Positions 1-9,490 of a stretch of 64,000 nucleotides of DNA are shown here, piece by piece. Source of the stretch: Chloroflexota bacterium (GTDB lineage Bacteria; Chloroflexota; UBA5177); contig DATGJB010000147.1 of NCBI GenBank assembly GCA_035295425.1, forward strand, positions 778-64,777, written 5' to 3'. The position numbers and the translations under genes are program-made. The notes beneath the pieces were generated by a model that was given only the letters and a program-made list of their open reading frames with translations, ran no database searches and had not been told where the DNA came from. Numbering within the stretch: position 1 is the stretch's first letter; every line of letters begins with the position of its first letter.

Positions 1-345
1 GACCGGAACCGTCTGTGTGGCGATGACGATTGGGTAGAGGGCGAGCTCCAGCGCACGCGAGTACCGGATGGCAATCGCCAGCGCCAGTCCCAGAACCAGC
101 GCCAGCAGGAATCCGGACAGCGCGATGCGCAGCGTCGGCAGGGTATTGTCCCAGAGAAGCTGATGCTGGTCGACCGCCGATTGCCAGATCTCGGCGGGAG
201 GCGGCAGCAGGTAGTCCGGCACGTGCCGCGCCACGGTCACGATCTGCCACACGCCGACCGCCCCGGCCAGCAGCGCCAGTGGCGGCAGTAGCCGGCCTGG
301 CCACCTCCCGCTCTTCCCCTGGCGCCGTGGCGGAGTTTCCGTCAT
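1..345 (-). CDS. ABC transporter permease, NitT/TauT/ThiX-like (runs off window start)
   Basis: ATG at 345 overlaps the ATPase stop (ATGA). Translation MTETPPRR...VWQIVTVARHVPDYLLPPPAEIW...YPIVIATQTVPV is typical of SsuC/ThiX permeases. Not in the ORF track. Confidence 0.85.
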   Translation of the reverse strand, partial: MTETPPRRQGKSGRWPGRLLPPLALLAGAVGVWQIVTVARHVPDYLLPPPAEIWQSAVDQHQLLWDNTLPTLRIALSGFLLALVLGLALAIAIRYSRALELALYPIVIATQTVPV

Positions 346-1217
346 CGCCGCCGTCCGTCCTGGCGCCGCAGCCGGGCGAGCAGCTCGCGCCGCAGCGCCG
401 CGAAGAGTGGGGTCGTGGTGACGTCGTCATAGGCGCGGGGCCGCGCCAGCGAAATTTCGATCTCCGCCGCGATTCGACCCGGGCGCGGCGACATCACATA
501 GACCCGATCGGCCAGGAAGATCGCCTCGTCGACGTCATGGGTAACGAGCACCACCGACTTCCGGAACGTGTCCCAGACTTCGAGGAGCCACTCCTGCATG
601 TCGGCGCGCGTCAGGGCATCGAGCGCGCCGAACGGCTCGTCGAGCAGCAGGGTATCGCGTCCCGACAGGAACGTCCGCAGGAGGGCGACGCGCTGCCGCA
701 TGCCGCCGGAAAGCGCCGCCGGACGGTACCGCTCGAACCCGGCGAGTCCGAAGCGGTCGAGCCAGGGCCGGACTTCCTCACGGGCGTGACGTCGCGTCAT
801 TCCCCGCAGCTCGAGCGGCAGCGCCGCGTTGTCGAGCACACTCTTCCATGGCAGGAGGAGATCCTTCTGCGGCATGTATCCGACCAGGCCAGGCCGTGCC
901 TCCACCTCTCGTCCGTGCACCAGGACGCTGCCACTCGCCGGCTCCAGCAGGCCCGCCACAATGTTGAAGAGCGTGCTCTTGCCACATCCGCTCGGCCCGA
1001 TGATGGCGACGAGCTCGCCGCTGCCGGCGCACAGGCTCACACCGTCAAGCACATCGAGCACGCCCTCGGCGGTGAAGAATCGGTGCGTCAGGTGGCGTGC
1101 TTCCAGCGCCGCCGGCGGTGCGGCCGGGTCAGGTGGACCGGCCGGGTACTTCGCTGCAGCCTGTGGAGACGCCGGCCGGGAGGGAGCAGGCGCTCCAGCC
1201 GGTCCATCACGCGTCAC
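342..1217 (-). CDS. ABC transporter ATP-binding protein, NitT/TauT/ThiZ-like
   Basis: Walker A GPSGCGKS, signature LSGGMRQR, Walker B LLLDEPF, THDVDEA. Confidence 0.92.
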   Translation of the reverse strand: MTRDGPAGAPAPSRPASPQAAAKYPAGPPDPAAPPAALEARHLTHRFFTAEGVLDVLDGVSLCAGSGELVAIIGPSGCGKSTLFNIVAGLLEPASGSVLVHGREVEARPGLVGYMPQKDLLLPWKSVLDNAALPLELRGMTRRHAREEVRPWLDRFGLAGFERYRPAALSGGMRQRVALLRTFLSGRDTLLLDEPFGALDALTRADMQEWLLEVWDTFRKSVVLVTHDVDEAIFLADRVYVMSPRPGRIAAEIEISLARPRAYDDVTTTPLFAALRRELLARLRRQDGRRR

Positions 1218-2292
1218 GGGCCGCCTCCTCCCGCATCGCCCGATGCAACGCCGGCCAGAACGGGTCCGAGCGGGGCGCGAGCAGCGGCTCCTCCCTTCCG
1301 TGCGCGGTTACCCGCACGCCCTGGGAGGCCGGCACGACCTCGCCGGCACACGAGGCCGCGATGCCGGCATCGCCCAGCCGCGCCACGACCTCGCCGGTCT
1401 TGCCAGGGCGGCAGGTAATCAGCAGCGTTCCTTCACTGCTGGTCGCGAACGGATCGATGTGCAGGTAGTCGCAAACTGCACGCACCTCGGGCCGCAGGAT
1501 AATCGCGTCGGCGTCGACCGCCAGGCCGACGCCGGCAGCCTCGGCAATCTCGCGCAAGCCGCCCCAGATACCGCGCTCGGTGGCGTCGTGCATGCCGGTC
1601 ACACCCGCCTCGCGCACTCCGACCGCCGCGGCAACGCGCGCGTCCTCGACCACCGTCATCTTCTCGAAGAGCGCATCGGCGGCCCGCGCTACCCCTTCCC
1701 CACATGACCTGGCGAGGAGGTTCGGGCACAGCGCGCCGATCATACCGGTCGTCTCAATCGCGGCTCCCTTGGTGACGATGATCGAATCGCCGGGAAGGGC
1801 CATGTCGGGCGTGACGTACGCGTCGTGCCGGCCCACGCACAGCATCGTCGCTCCGCCCAGCATCGGATAGTCGCAGCCCTCGTACCGCCCGGTGTGTCCG
1901 GTGACAACCGCGATACCCAGCGCAGCGCAGATTTCGGCGGTCGACTGCCAGAGCGCCGCGAGCTCGGCGTCGGTCATCGCCGGCGGCAGGTTGAGATCGA
2001 TCGCCAGATACACCGGCTCGAGGCCCGACGTCGCCGCGTCGGACGCCACGATGTGGACCGCGAACCAGGCGGCTCGCTCCCAGCCGAGCGCCGGCATCAC
2101 GAAGAACGGATCGGCCGTCACGGCCATGACCTGTCCACCGCCCAGGTCCACGATGCCCGTATCGATCCCCTGCCGCGGACCGACCAGTACGTCGTCTCGT
2201 CTGGCGCCCAGGTACGGCAGGATGATGCGCTCGAGACTTTCCCCCGCAATCTTCCCTGCGGCGAGACGTTCGATTTCAGTCCCGGCTGCCAT
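1207..2292 (-). CDS. AIR synthase-related (PurM/HypE/ThiL-like) protein
   Basis: GID, TADP, SDAATSG, VTGHT, MHDATERG and SSEGTLL motifs of the PurM-like fold. Start placed at ATG 2292 after a purine-rich GGGACAGGG; the longer ORF runs into the riboswitch. Confidence 0.85.
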   Translation of the reverse strand: MAAGTEIERLAAGKIAGESLERIILPYLGARRDDVLVGPRQGIDTGIVDLGGGQVMAVTADPFFVMPALGWERAAWFAVHIVASDAATSGLEPVYLAIDLNLPPAMTDAELAALWQSTAEICAALGIAVVTGHTGRYEGCDYPMLGGATMLCVGRHDAYVTPDMALPGDSIIVTKGAAIETTGMIGALCPNLLARSCGEGVARAADALFEKMTVVEDARVAAAVGVREAGVTGMHDATERGIWGGLREIAEAAGVGLAVDADAIILRPEVRAVCDYLHIDPFATSSEGTLLITCRPGKTGEVVARLGDAGIAASCAGEVVPASQGVRVTAHGREEPLLAPRSDPFWPALHRAMREEAARDA

Positions 2293-2349
2293 ACGTCCCT
2301 GTCCCATGTAGCTCGCGCTAGCGAGAGCGGGACCGAGAGGGCCGCCGTG

Positions 2350-2438
2350 CATTCCCTTCGCCGGCATTACCCGGATCAGGTTCAGAGGGTCTGCGGAGTG
2401 GAATCCGCACTCTCAGCGCTCGCGCGCTCCCCTAGCTG
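2350..2438 (-). promoter_or_regulatory. TPP (THI-box) riboswitch
   Basis: Reverse complement reads CTAGGGG...GCTGAGAG...GACCCTCTGAACCTGATCCGGGTAATGCCGGCGAAGGGAA, the canonical TPP aptamer core. Confidence 0.95.
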
Positions 2439-2602
2439 CTGCCTCAGCGTACCATAGACACGTTATGGCAACTCGTCTAGCATCCTGTTCTGCTGGAAGC
2501 CAACGTTGCCTGGACAACTTCCACGGCGCCGGCTTCGCGGCGGACGCAATCGCCCTCGCCGCCGTCCGTATACTCGGGCAATGAAGGCACTGCTGGCGCA
2601 CC

Positions 2603-3535
2603 GTGGCTGACGAATACGAGAACTACGACGCCATGATGGCCGAGGCGGAGCGCGCCGTTGCGCAGCATCCGGATGAGCCCGGGCCGGCACGCGCCGCGGA
2701 GCCGACCCCCGGCATCGAGCAGCGGTTCGACGAGATGGTCAAGCATCTCGAAGGGCTCCATTCGCAGCTTGACGAGCTCCATCATCACGTAGCCCAACTC
2801 GGCAAAGCAGACGCGCGCCAGCCGATATCGCCCGATGAGAAGGAGCTCAGCCCCAGGGACCGTCTCGAGGTACGTGCCGCCTGGGGTTACCCGGCCCCCG
2901 ACGAACCGCGGTTTGCGGCTCGACTCGCCGTGATCGTCGCCATTGCGCTGTACTTCGTTCTCCCCGATAAACTGGTGCTGCCCAACAGCCGCTGGATCCT
3001 GGTCGTGCTCGAGGCGCTCCTCCTGGCCACGCTGACCATCGCCACCTCGCGCCGCCAGCGGGAAGAAGCGAGGCCCTGGCAGCGGGTGGCTGCGCTCGCC
3101 CTCATCGCCGTCATCAACCTGGCGAACATCATCTCACTGGCTTTTCTCGTCGACCAGCTCGTCACCGGTCACAGCAAGGCGGGCGGTGAGACGCTCCTGC
3201 TGGCGGGCGTGGACATCTGGCTGACCAACGTGCTCGTCTTTGGGCTGTGGTACTGGGAGCTCGACCGTGGCGGCCCTGCCGCGCGCTGTCTGGGAACGCG
3301 GCGCGAGCCCGACTTCCTTTTTCCGCAGATGATGACCCCTGAGGCCACGCATGTGGCGTGGCACCCTCGCTTCCTCGACTATCTCTACGTGTCGCTGACC
3401 AACGCCTCGGCCTTCAGCCCTACAGACACAATGCCGCTGACGGAGTGGGCCAAGACGCTTTTCGGCATTCAATCGGTCACCTCGCTTCTCACCGTCGCCC
3501 TCGTCGCCGCCCGCGCCGTCAACATCCTCGGCTGA
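2603..3535 (+). CDS. DUF1345-like membrane protein
   Basis: Several TM segments; WELDRGGP, PDFLFPQM and FLDYLYVSLTNASAFSPTDTMPL motifs. Confidence 0.8.
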   Translation: MADEYENYDAMMAEAERAVAQHPDEPGPARAAEPTPGIEQRFDEMVKHLEGLHSQLDELHHHVAQLGKADARQPISPDEKELSPRDRLEVRAAWGYPAPDEPRFAARLAVIVAIALYFVLPDKLVLPNSRWILVVLEALLLATLTIATSRRQREEARPWQRVAALALIAVINLANIISLAFLVDQLVTGHSKAGGETLLLAGVDIWLTNVLVFGLWYWELDRGGPAARCLGTRREPDFLFPQMMTPEATHVAWHPRFLDYLYVSLTNASAFSPTDTMPLTEWAKTLFGIQSVTSLLTVALVAARAVNILG

Positions 3536-3645
3536 ACGCCGGCCACCTTCCCGCTGGAGCTTCCTGTGTCATCGCGACTGCGGACGCACACCGGGCCGCG
3601 ACAGGCGCCTCACCCAGACCACTCCGTCGCACGCTCCCCTCCCGA

Positions 3646-3896
3646 ACATGTAGCGGAGCGCTTCGTGCGCTCTCCACTCTCTCGCCGTGCATCAGCACGA
3701 GGGGTCCGTCGCACGGCCCCGACGTGCGTGGCTGCCCTGGACTGCGATAAACACCATGGGACCGTATTCATACCCTGCCGTTGTTTCCCCTGGTGGAAGC
3801 TCCTGGCAGAATAACAGCCACCGCGCTGAAGCGCTCTTCTACGTTCCGGCGGTGTGCTGCTGGCGGTACGCGGTCACCAACCGGTGCGCCTGCCGC
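3646..3896 (-). repeat. Copy A of a 251-bp inverted dispersed repeat (REP doublet plus nfi 3' end)
   Basis: Aligns by hand, without gaps, to 19289-19539 (+) with about 27 mismatches (~89% identity). Confidence 0.9.
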
Positions 3897-4540
3897 GTCG
3901 GCTCCGGCATGAACTGATCGTCCCGGCAGCAGGCAAGCACGATCTCGACCGCGATCGGCACACTGACCTTGTTGCCCGGCGAGACGAATAGCGGCGAATG
4001 GCCGGGACGCGTCCGGATCGCCGCGCCCACCACGTCGCCCCGATCGGTGAGCGGCGTCCACGCCCCAACCTCGTCCGCCAGCTCCTCATACCTGCCAACC
4101 AGGCGGCTCTTGGCGCAGCCGATGCTTGGAAGATTCAGTACGACGCCGAGATGCGCCGCCAGGCCCATCCGTCGGAAGTGCGCGATCCCCTGGCCGTCGA
4201 ACAGCACGACATCGGGCGCCGTCTCCACCTGCCGAAAGGCGTCGATCACCGCCGGCGCCTCGCGGAAGGTCAGGAGTCCGGGCACGTATGGAAACGTGAC
4301 CGAACACGAGCCGTAGCGTGTCTCGACAACCTCGAGCTCGGGAAAGCTGAGTACGACCGCGACCGCGTACGCGGTGGCCCCGGCGCCGGCGCGCGAGTAG
4401 GCATTGTCAACGCCGGCCACAAACGAGATGTCCGTTGTTCCGAGCGCGTCGGCCGGCTCTCGCCGGTCGCGAAGCTCATCCTGGATGCGACGCGCCTCAT
4501 CGGGCGTCACATCCCATGAATGCAAATCGGCAACATGCAT
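3839..4540 (-). CDS. nfi: Endonuclease V (deoxyinosine 3' endonuclease)
   Basis: AGVD, FPYVPGLLTFRE, DGQGIAH, IGCAKSRL and PEPTRQAH motifs. N-terminus MHVADLHSWDVTPDEARRIQ matches the usual EndoV start. Confidence 0.95.
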   Translation of the reverse strand: MHVADLHSWDVTPDEARRIQDELRDRREPADALGTTDISFVAGVDNAYSRAGAGATAYAVAVVLSFPELEVVETRYGSCSVTFPYVPGLLTFREAPAVIDAFRQVETAPDVVLFDGQGIAHFRRMGLAAHLGVVLNLPSIGCAKSRLVGRYEELADEVGAWTPLTDRGDVVGAAIRTRPGHSPLFVSPGNKVSVPIAVEIVLACCRDDQFMPEPTRQAHRLVTAYRQQHTAGT

Positions 4541-4617
4541 TGGCGCCCCCGGCGGGACTCGAACCCACGACTCTCCGCTTAGAAGGCGGATGCTCTGTCC
4601 TGCTGAGCTACGGGGGC
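4541..4617 (-). tRNA. tRNA-Arg(TCT), CCA encoded
   Basis: GCCCCCG acceptor stem, anticodon arm TCCGC-CTTCTAA-GCGGA, GGTTCGAGTCC T-arm, ends GCCA. TATAAT lies upstream at 4633-4638. Confidence 0.96.
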
Positions 4618-4677
4618 ACGCACGATCTGTCAATTATAGCGGCGTGCCGCCATCCCCGGTCAGGCCCCGATTTACTC

Positions 4678-5247
4678 CTATTCGCCGACGAGCCCGTCCA
4701 CCGACTCCCGGATGAGGTCGGCATGGCCGTTGTGCCGCGCGTACTCCTCGATCATGTGGCACACGATCCACCGCAAACTGGGAGCGCTGCCGTCGGGCCA
4801 GGTGCGCCGGGCCAGGCGGTCCAGCCCCCCATCCGCCAGCGCTTCCGCCACTGACGAGCGGGAGCGGCTCACGGCATCCTGCCAGAGCGCCATCAGACGC
4901 TCCGGGGAATCGTGGGCGGCAGAGTGCCAGTCCCAATCGGGGTCGGCATCCCAGTCCACCGCGTCCCACGGCGGTCGGTGCTCCCGCCCGTGGAGTGACC
5001 GCGAGAACCATCCTTCCTCAACGAGCGCCAGGTGCTTCATCATCCCACCCAACGTCATGGACGAGACACCGACCGTGGCCCGCAATCCGGCCGAGTCGAG
5101 TCCCGCGCACTTCCACGCGAACGTGGCACGCTGATACTCCAGAAAGCCGAGGAGGGTGGCGGCTTCGCCAGCCGCCAGAGGAGGCTCCGGACGGCCGTAC
5201 TCGTCCAGCCTGGGCTCGGACTGCGATTCGGATGACGTGTTTTCCAT
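4678..5247 (-). CDS. DinB/DUF664 family protein
   Basis: TLLGFLEYQR, TLGGMMKHLALVEEGWF and SLRWIVCHMIEEYARHNGHADLIRESVDG motifs. Confidence 0.9.
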   Translation of the reverse strand: MENTSSESQSEPRLDEYGRPEPPLAAGEAATLLGFLEYQRATFAWKCAGLDSAGLRATVGVSSMTLGGMMKHLALVEEGWFSRSLHGREHRPPWDAVDWDADPDWDWHSAAHDSPERLMALWQDAVSRSRSSVAEALADGGLDRLARRTWPDGSAPSLRWIVCHMIEEYARHNGHADLIRESVDGLVGE

Positions 5248-5407
5248 CACTCGTTGCGTACCTCCAGTGGTAATGCGAGTCGGGTAAAGCCGCGGCCGGC
5301 AGCTCACGCGACAGACCGATCAAGATAGCAAAGTAGCTCGGGCGGGTCGACGAGGTTGGTATTCTGAGACGGCAGTTGCGGACAATGTGATGAAAGGGAG
5401 GAGCGTC

Positions 5408-5908
5408 ATGGCCGGGCAGCAGAGAACAGGACTTCAGATCGGCGATGCGGCTCCTCCGTTCTCGTTGAAAGACGCCGACCGGAAGACAGTGAGCCTGCAG
5501 GACTTCGCCGGCAAGACCGTGGTACTCACCTTCTTCCCGGCCGCTTTCAGTGGCACCTGCACCTGCGAGCTGGGCATGTTCCGCGACTCCTGCTCGGAGC
5601 TAGCCGGCCTGAACGCGACCATACTTGGGATCAGCGTGGATCTTCCGTGGACCCTCCACCGCTTCCGCGTCGAGGAGAATCTCCCCTTTCGGCTTCTCAG
5701 CGATTTCGACCACACGACGATCGAGGCCTACGGCATCGTGGATGATAACTTCTCCGGCTACCACTCCGGAGTGGCGCAGCGCTCGGTCTTCATCGTCGAC
5801 CCGACAGGCAAGATCGCCTGGAGCTGGGTATCCACCGAGCAAGGGCAGCTCCCGGAAATCGCGGAAGTCTGCGCCGCCGTCGAGCAGCTCGCGCCGGTCA
5901 GGCCGTAG
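5408..5908 (+). CDS. Peroxiredoxin (AhpC/TSA, AhpE-like)
   Basis: FFPAAFSGTCTCE peroxidatic motif, LGISVD, LLSDF, RSVFIVD. GGAGGAG RBS. Confidence 0.9.
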   Translation: MAGQQRTGLQIGDAAPPFSLKDADRKTVSLQDFAGKTVVLTFFPAAFSGTCTCELGMFRDSCSELAGLNATILGISVDLPWTLHRFRVEENLPFRLLSDFDHTTIEAYGIVDDNFSGYHSGVAQRSVFIVDPTGKIAWSWVSTEQGQLPEIAEVCAAVEQLAPVRP

Positions 5909-7043
5909 CCTGCTCCAAGTCGGCCAGCAGGTCCCCGGGATCCTCGATTCCCACCGAGAGGCGGATCAGCCCGCCGGTAATGCCCGCTGCCTCGCGTGCC
6001 TCCGGCGGGAGTGAGGCGTGTGTCATGATGGCCGGGTGGTCGGCCAGTGACTCGACGCCCCCGAGGCTCTCCGCGGTCACGAAAAGCCTGGCCTTCTTCA
6101 GGAAGACCCGTGCCGCTGGCTCGCCGCCCTCGAGATCGATCGTCACGATCCCCCCGAAGCTGGCCATCTGACGCTTCGCCAGCTCGTGCTGGGGATGGCT
6201 GGCAAGACCCGGGTAGAGGACGCGCCGCAATCCCGGCCTGCTCTCCAGAAAGCGCGCCACCGCCAGCGCGTTTGAGGCGTGGCGTTCCATCCGCAGCGCC
6301 AGCGTCTTCACGCCCCGCAGCAGCAGCCAAGAATCGAACGGGCCCGGCACACCGCCGGAGGCATTCTGGTGGAATTTGAGCCGCTCGTGGAGATCGTCGC
6401 GCGAAGTGACCAGCGCGCCCATCACCAGATCGCTGTGTCCCCCCAGGTACTTGGTTGCGCTATGCACCACGACGTCGGCGCCGAGCGCAAGCGGTTGCTG
6501 GAGATACGGGGTGGCGAACGTGTTGTCGGCGACGACAATCACCTCTTGCCGGTGCGCGACCTCGGCCACCGCGGCAATGTCCACGATCTTCAGCAGCGGG
6601 TTGGTGGGTGTCTCGATCCACAGCATGCGCGTGTTCGGCCGCATGGCGCCGGCCACTCTCTCCGGGTCGGTGGTGTCGACGTAGCTGAACTCCAGGCCAT
6701 AGCGAGCCAGCACGCGACTGAACAGCCGGTAGGTGCCGCCGTACAGGTCGTCGCCGGCGACCACGTGGTCACCGGGGTCAAGCAGCTGCATGATCGTCGC
6801 CTCTGCCGCCATTCCAGAGGCAAACGCCAGACCGTGTTTCCCACCCTCGAGGGACGCGATCACCTCCTCCACGACGCGGCGGGTCGGATTGTCGGTGCGG
6901 GAATACTCATATCCCTTGTGGACGCCGACATCCTCCTGCGCGTAGGTCGACGTCTGATAGATCGGCGTCACGACCGCCCCCGTCGTCTCCTCCGGCTCCT
7001 GGGCCACGTGAATGGCGCGCGTGGTGAAACCCCACTCAGGCAT
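5898..7043 (-). CDS. Cystathionine gamma-synthase/lyase (MetB/MetC/MccB family, PLP)
   Basis: TRAIH, PIYQTSTY, YSRTDNPT, ETPTNP, DNTFATP, SATKYLGGHSD (PLP Lys) and AESLGGVESL motifs. Start overlaps the asd stop. Confidence 0.93.
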   Translation of the reverse strand: MPEWGFTTRAIHVAQEPEETTGAVVTPIYQTSTYAQEDVGVHKGYEYSRTDNPTRRVVEEVIASLEGGKHGLAFASGMAAEATIMQLLDPGDHVVAGDDLYGGTYRLFSRVLARYGLEFSYVDTTDPERVAGAMRPNTRMLWIETPTNPLLKIVDIAAVAEVAHRQEVIVVADNTFATPYLQQPLALGADVVVHSATKYLGGHSDLVMGALVTSRDDLHERLKFHQNASGGVPGPFDSWLLLRGVKTLALRMERHASNALAVARFLESRPGLRRVLYPGLASHPQHELAKRQMASFGGIVTIDLEGGEPAARVFLKKARLFVTAESLGGVESLADHPAIMTHASLPPEAREAAGITGGLIRLSVGIEDPGDLLADLEQATA

Positions 7044-8061
7044 AGCTGGCACGTCGCTCCTCTCGCCCGGCGGCAATGTGACATTCCGCGATCTGCACCG
7101 CGTTGGTTGCCGCACCCTTCCTGAGATTATCTGCCACGATCCAGAGTGCCAGACCCCGCTCGTCACCGTCCGGCTGGCGGATGCGCCCGACGAAGACCTC
7201 ATCCTGCCCCTCGGCGTGGATTGCCAGCGGATACAGGGCGCCCTCCGGCTGATCCACCACCACCACGCCGGACGCGCGTTCCAGCACCTCTCGCGCCCCC
7301 GCCACATCGACTCGCTCGCGGAATCGCGCGTACACCGCCTCGGAGTGACCCACCCGCACGGGCACCCGGACCGTGGTGGGAACCACCTGCAACGACGGGA
7401 GATTCATGATTTTGCGGGTCTCGCCGATCATTTTCCGCTCTTCCCCGCTCCAGCCGTCGGCGGCGAGGACGTCGATGTGGGGCAGCACATTCAGCGCGAT
7501 GGGATGTGGGTAGGGCGAGGCGTCATCACGCTCGCCGGTCGCGAGCTCGTGCTCGAGGGCGCGTATCCCCCTGGCTCCCGTTCCCGAGACCGACTGGTAC
7601 GTCGAGACGACCACGCTCTCCAGCCCGAACGCCTGGTGCAGTGGCTGCAGGGTAACCGCCATCTGAATCGTCGAGCAGTTGGGGTTGGCCACGATGCCCC
7701 GATAGCCGGCGAGGAGACGGGCGTTTACCTCGGGAACCACCAGCGGCACCGCAGGATCCATGCGGAATGCCGAGCTATTGTCCACCACCAGCGCGGCCCC
7801 GCGGGCCGCCGGCGGCGCGTGTTCGCGACTGACCGTGGCGCCGGCCGAGAAGAAGGCCAGATCGACGCCGCCGAAGGCGAATCCTTCGAGCGCCCGGACC
7901 TCGACCTCGTCACCTCCGAACGCCAGTCGCGTGCCCGCCGAGCGCCGGGAGGCGAGCGCCACCAGATCGTCGACCGGGAGCTGGCGCTCCTGCAGTACCT
8001 TCAGAATGGTTCGGCCCACCAGCCCGGTGGCTCCCACCACCGCTACGCGGTATCCGGCCAT
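7036..8061 (-). CDS. asd: Aspartate-semialdehyde dehydrogenase
   Basis: VVGATGLVG, DNSSAFRM, ANPNCST (catalytic Cys), STYQSVSGTG and ADNLRKGAATNAVQI motifs. Confidence 0.97.
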   Translation of the reverse strand: MAGYRVAVVGATGLVGRTILKVLQERQLPVDDLVALASRRSAGTRLAFGGDEVEVRALEGFAFGGVDLAFFSAGATVSREHAPPAARGAALVVDNSSAFRMDPAVPLVVPEVNARLLAGYRGIVANPNCSTIQMAVTLQPLHQAFGLESVVVSTYQSVSGTGARGIRALEHELATGERDDASPYPHPIALNVLPHIDVLAADGWSGEERKMIGETRKIMNLPSLQVVPTTVRVPVRVGHSEAVYARFRERVDVAGAREVLERASGVVVVDQPEGALYPLAIHAEGQDEVFVGRIRQPDGDERGLALWIVADNLRKGAATNAVQIAECHIAAGREERRASYA

Positions 8062-9281
8062 GCCGTGTCCTCCTGCAATCCAAAGGCACGGTGCAGGGCA
8101 CGCACCGCCTCTTCGGTTCGACCTCCCTCCACCACACAGGTGATGCGTATACCCGAGGTGGAGATCATGTCGATGTTGATCCCCAGCTCGCTCAGCGTGC
8201 CGAACATCGTCGACGCGTACTCCAGGCTCGACGACAGCCCGGTACCAACCACCGACAGCTTCGCCAGACCGGTCTTGGCCGTGACCTGCTGCGCGCCGAC
8301 CGCGGCACGAACCGTCTCCGCCGCCTCAAGTGCTCGCTCCACGTCGGCGTCGACTACCGTGAACGAGAGATCGGTTCGGCCGTGATGGCCGATATTCTGA
8401 ACGATGAGATCGGCCTGGATTCCGCGTGTTGCCAGGGCGGCGAAGACCGTGTGGGCGACCCCGGGCCGGTCCTCCAGGGCAACAAGCGTCACCTTGGCGA
8501 CACCAGTCTGGTGTGCGATTCCCGCTACCCGGTTGGCATACTCCATACTGCCTCCAATCCGCGTGCCCGGTTCGCTACTGAAGCTCGAGCGCACCTCGAG
8601 CGGCACCTTCCAGAGCTGCGCCAGCTCAACCGAACGCGGCATCATCACCTGGGCGCCGTACTGTGCCAACTCCAGCATCTCCTCATACGTGATGTCCGGC
8701 AGCATCCTCGCTTCCGGTACGACACGTGGATCGGCCGTGAAGATGCCGGCAACATCGGTGTAGATCTCGCAGCGCTCGGCCCTCAAGCCGGCGGCCAGGG
8801 CCACCGCGGTAGCATCCGAGCCGCCGCGGCCCAACGTCGTCACCTCCTGCCAGCCGGTGTCGGCGCCGATCCCCTGGAACCCGGTAACGATCACTACCCG
8901 GCCAGCCACCAGCTCGTGCTGTAATCGCTCCGCGTCGATGCCCCGGATGCGAGCCGTCGAGAAGCTGCTGTCGGTGCGAATGCCTGCCTGCCATCCCGCC
9001 AGCGAGATCGCGGCGCAGCCGCGGTCGTGCAGCGCCATCGCCAGCAGTGAGGCCGAGACCTGCTCGCCGGTCGCCAGCAGCATGTCGATCTCACGGCGAT
9101 CCGGTCGGGGCGACACCAGCCGCGCCAGCTCGATCAGGCGATCCGTGGTGTCGCCCATCGCCGACACCACCACGACCAGTGGCGAGCGGCCCGCCGCCTC
9201 CACCACGCGTTCCGCCACAGCCAGAATCCGTTCCGCATTCCTCAGCGAGCTGCCACCGTATTTCTGCACTAGCAGAGCCAT
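8043..9281 (-). CDS. lysC: Aspartate kinase (alpha2beta2 type, two ACT domains)
   Basis: VQKYGGSS, VVVSAMGDTTD, TTLGRGGSD, YTDVAGIFTADP; C-terminal ACT domains. Confidence 0.96.
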   Translation of the reverse strand: MALLVQKYGGSSLRNAERILAVAERVVEAAGRSPLVVVVSAMGDTTDRLIELARLVSPRPDRREIDMLLATGEQVSASLLAMALHDRGCAAISLAGWQAGIRTDSSFSTARIRGIDAERLQHELVAGRVVIVTGFQGIGADTGWQEVTTLGRGGSDATAVALAAGLRAERCEIYTDVAGIFTADPRVVPEARMLPDITYEEMLELAQYGAQVMMPRSVELAQLWKVPLEVRSSFSSEPGTRIGGSMEYANRVAGIAHQTGVAKVTLVALEDRPGVAHTVFAALATRGIQADLIVQNIGHHGRTDLSFTVVDADVERALEAAETVRAAVGAQQVTAKTGLAKLSVVGTGLSSSLEYASTMFGTLSELGINIDMISTSGIRITCVVEGGRTEEAVRALHRAFGLQEDTAWPDTA

Positions 9282-9300
9282 CTTCCCGTTCACCCGTCCC

Positions 9301-9490
9301 TGTAATCGCACCCAGACACGCACCCATGAGGGGTGCGATTACAGCCGTGGAACCGCACGTCGCCTGGATGCGCGCCCAGACACGCACCCATGAAGGGTGC
9401 GACTACAGGGGTGTCCATGGCTGTAGTCGCACCCTTTATGGGTGCGTGTCCGCCTCTACAGGCACATCCCCTCATGGGTGCGTGTCCGCG
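9301..9490. repeat. REP array, left flank of RAYT (unit GTA[G/A]TCGCACCCYTYATGGGTGCGTGTC)
   Basis: Copies at 9315-9342 (-), 9379-9406 (-) and 9423-9450 (+), plus a degenerate copy near 9463-9487. Each is GTAG/GTAA followed by the hairpin CGCACCC...GGGTGCG. Confidence 0.92.

Noticed and set aside
3692-3841. 48-codon in-frame extension after the nfi TAG, open in both repeat copies (readthrough or cupin-like relic)
   Set aside because: Only about 7 of 19 substitutions are at third positions, close to neutral expectation, so there is no sign of coding selection.
3646-3896. Repeat pair as a DGR template/variable region
   Set aside because: Mismatches are not adenine-specific and no reverse transcriptase is present in the window.
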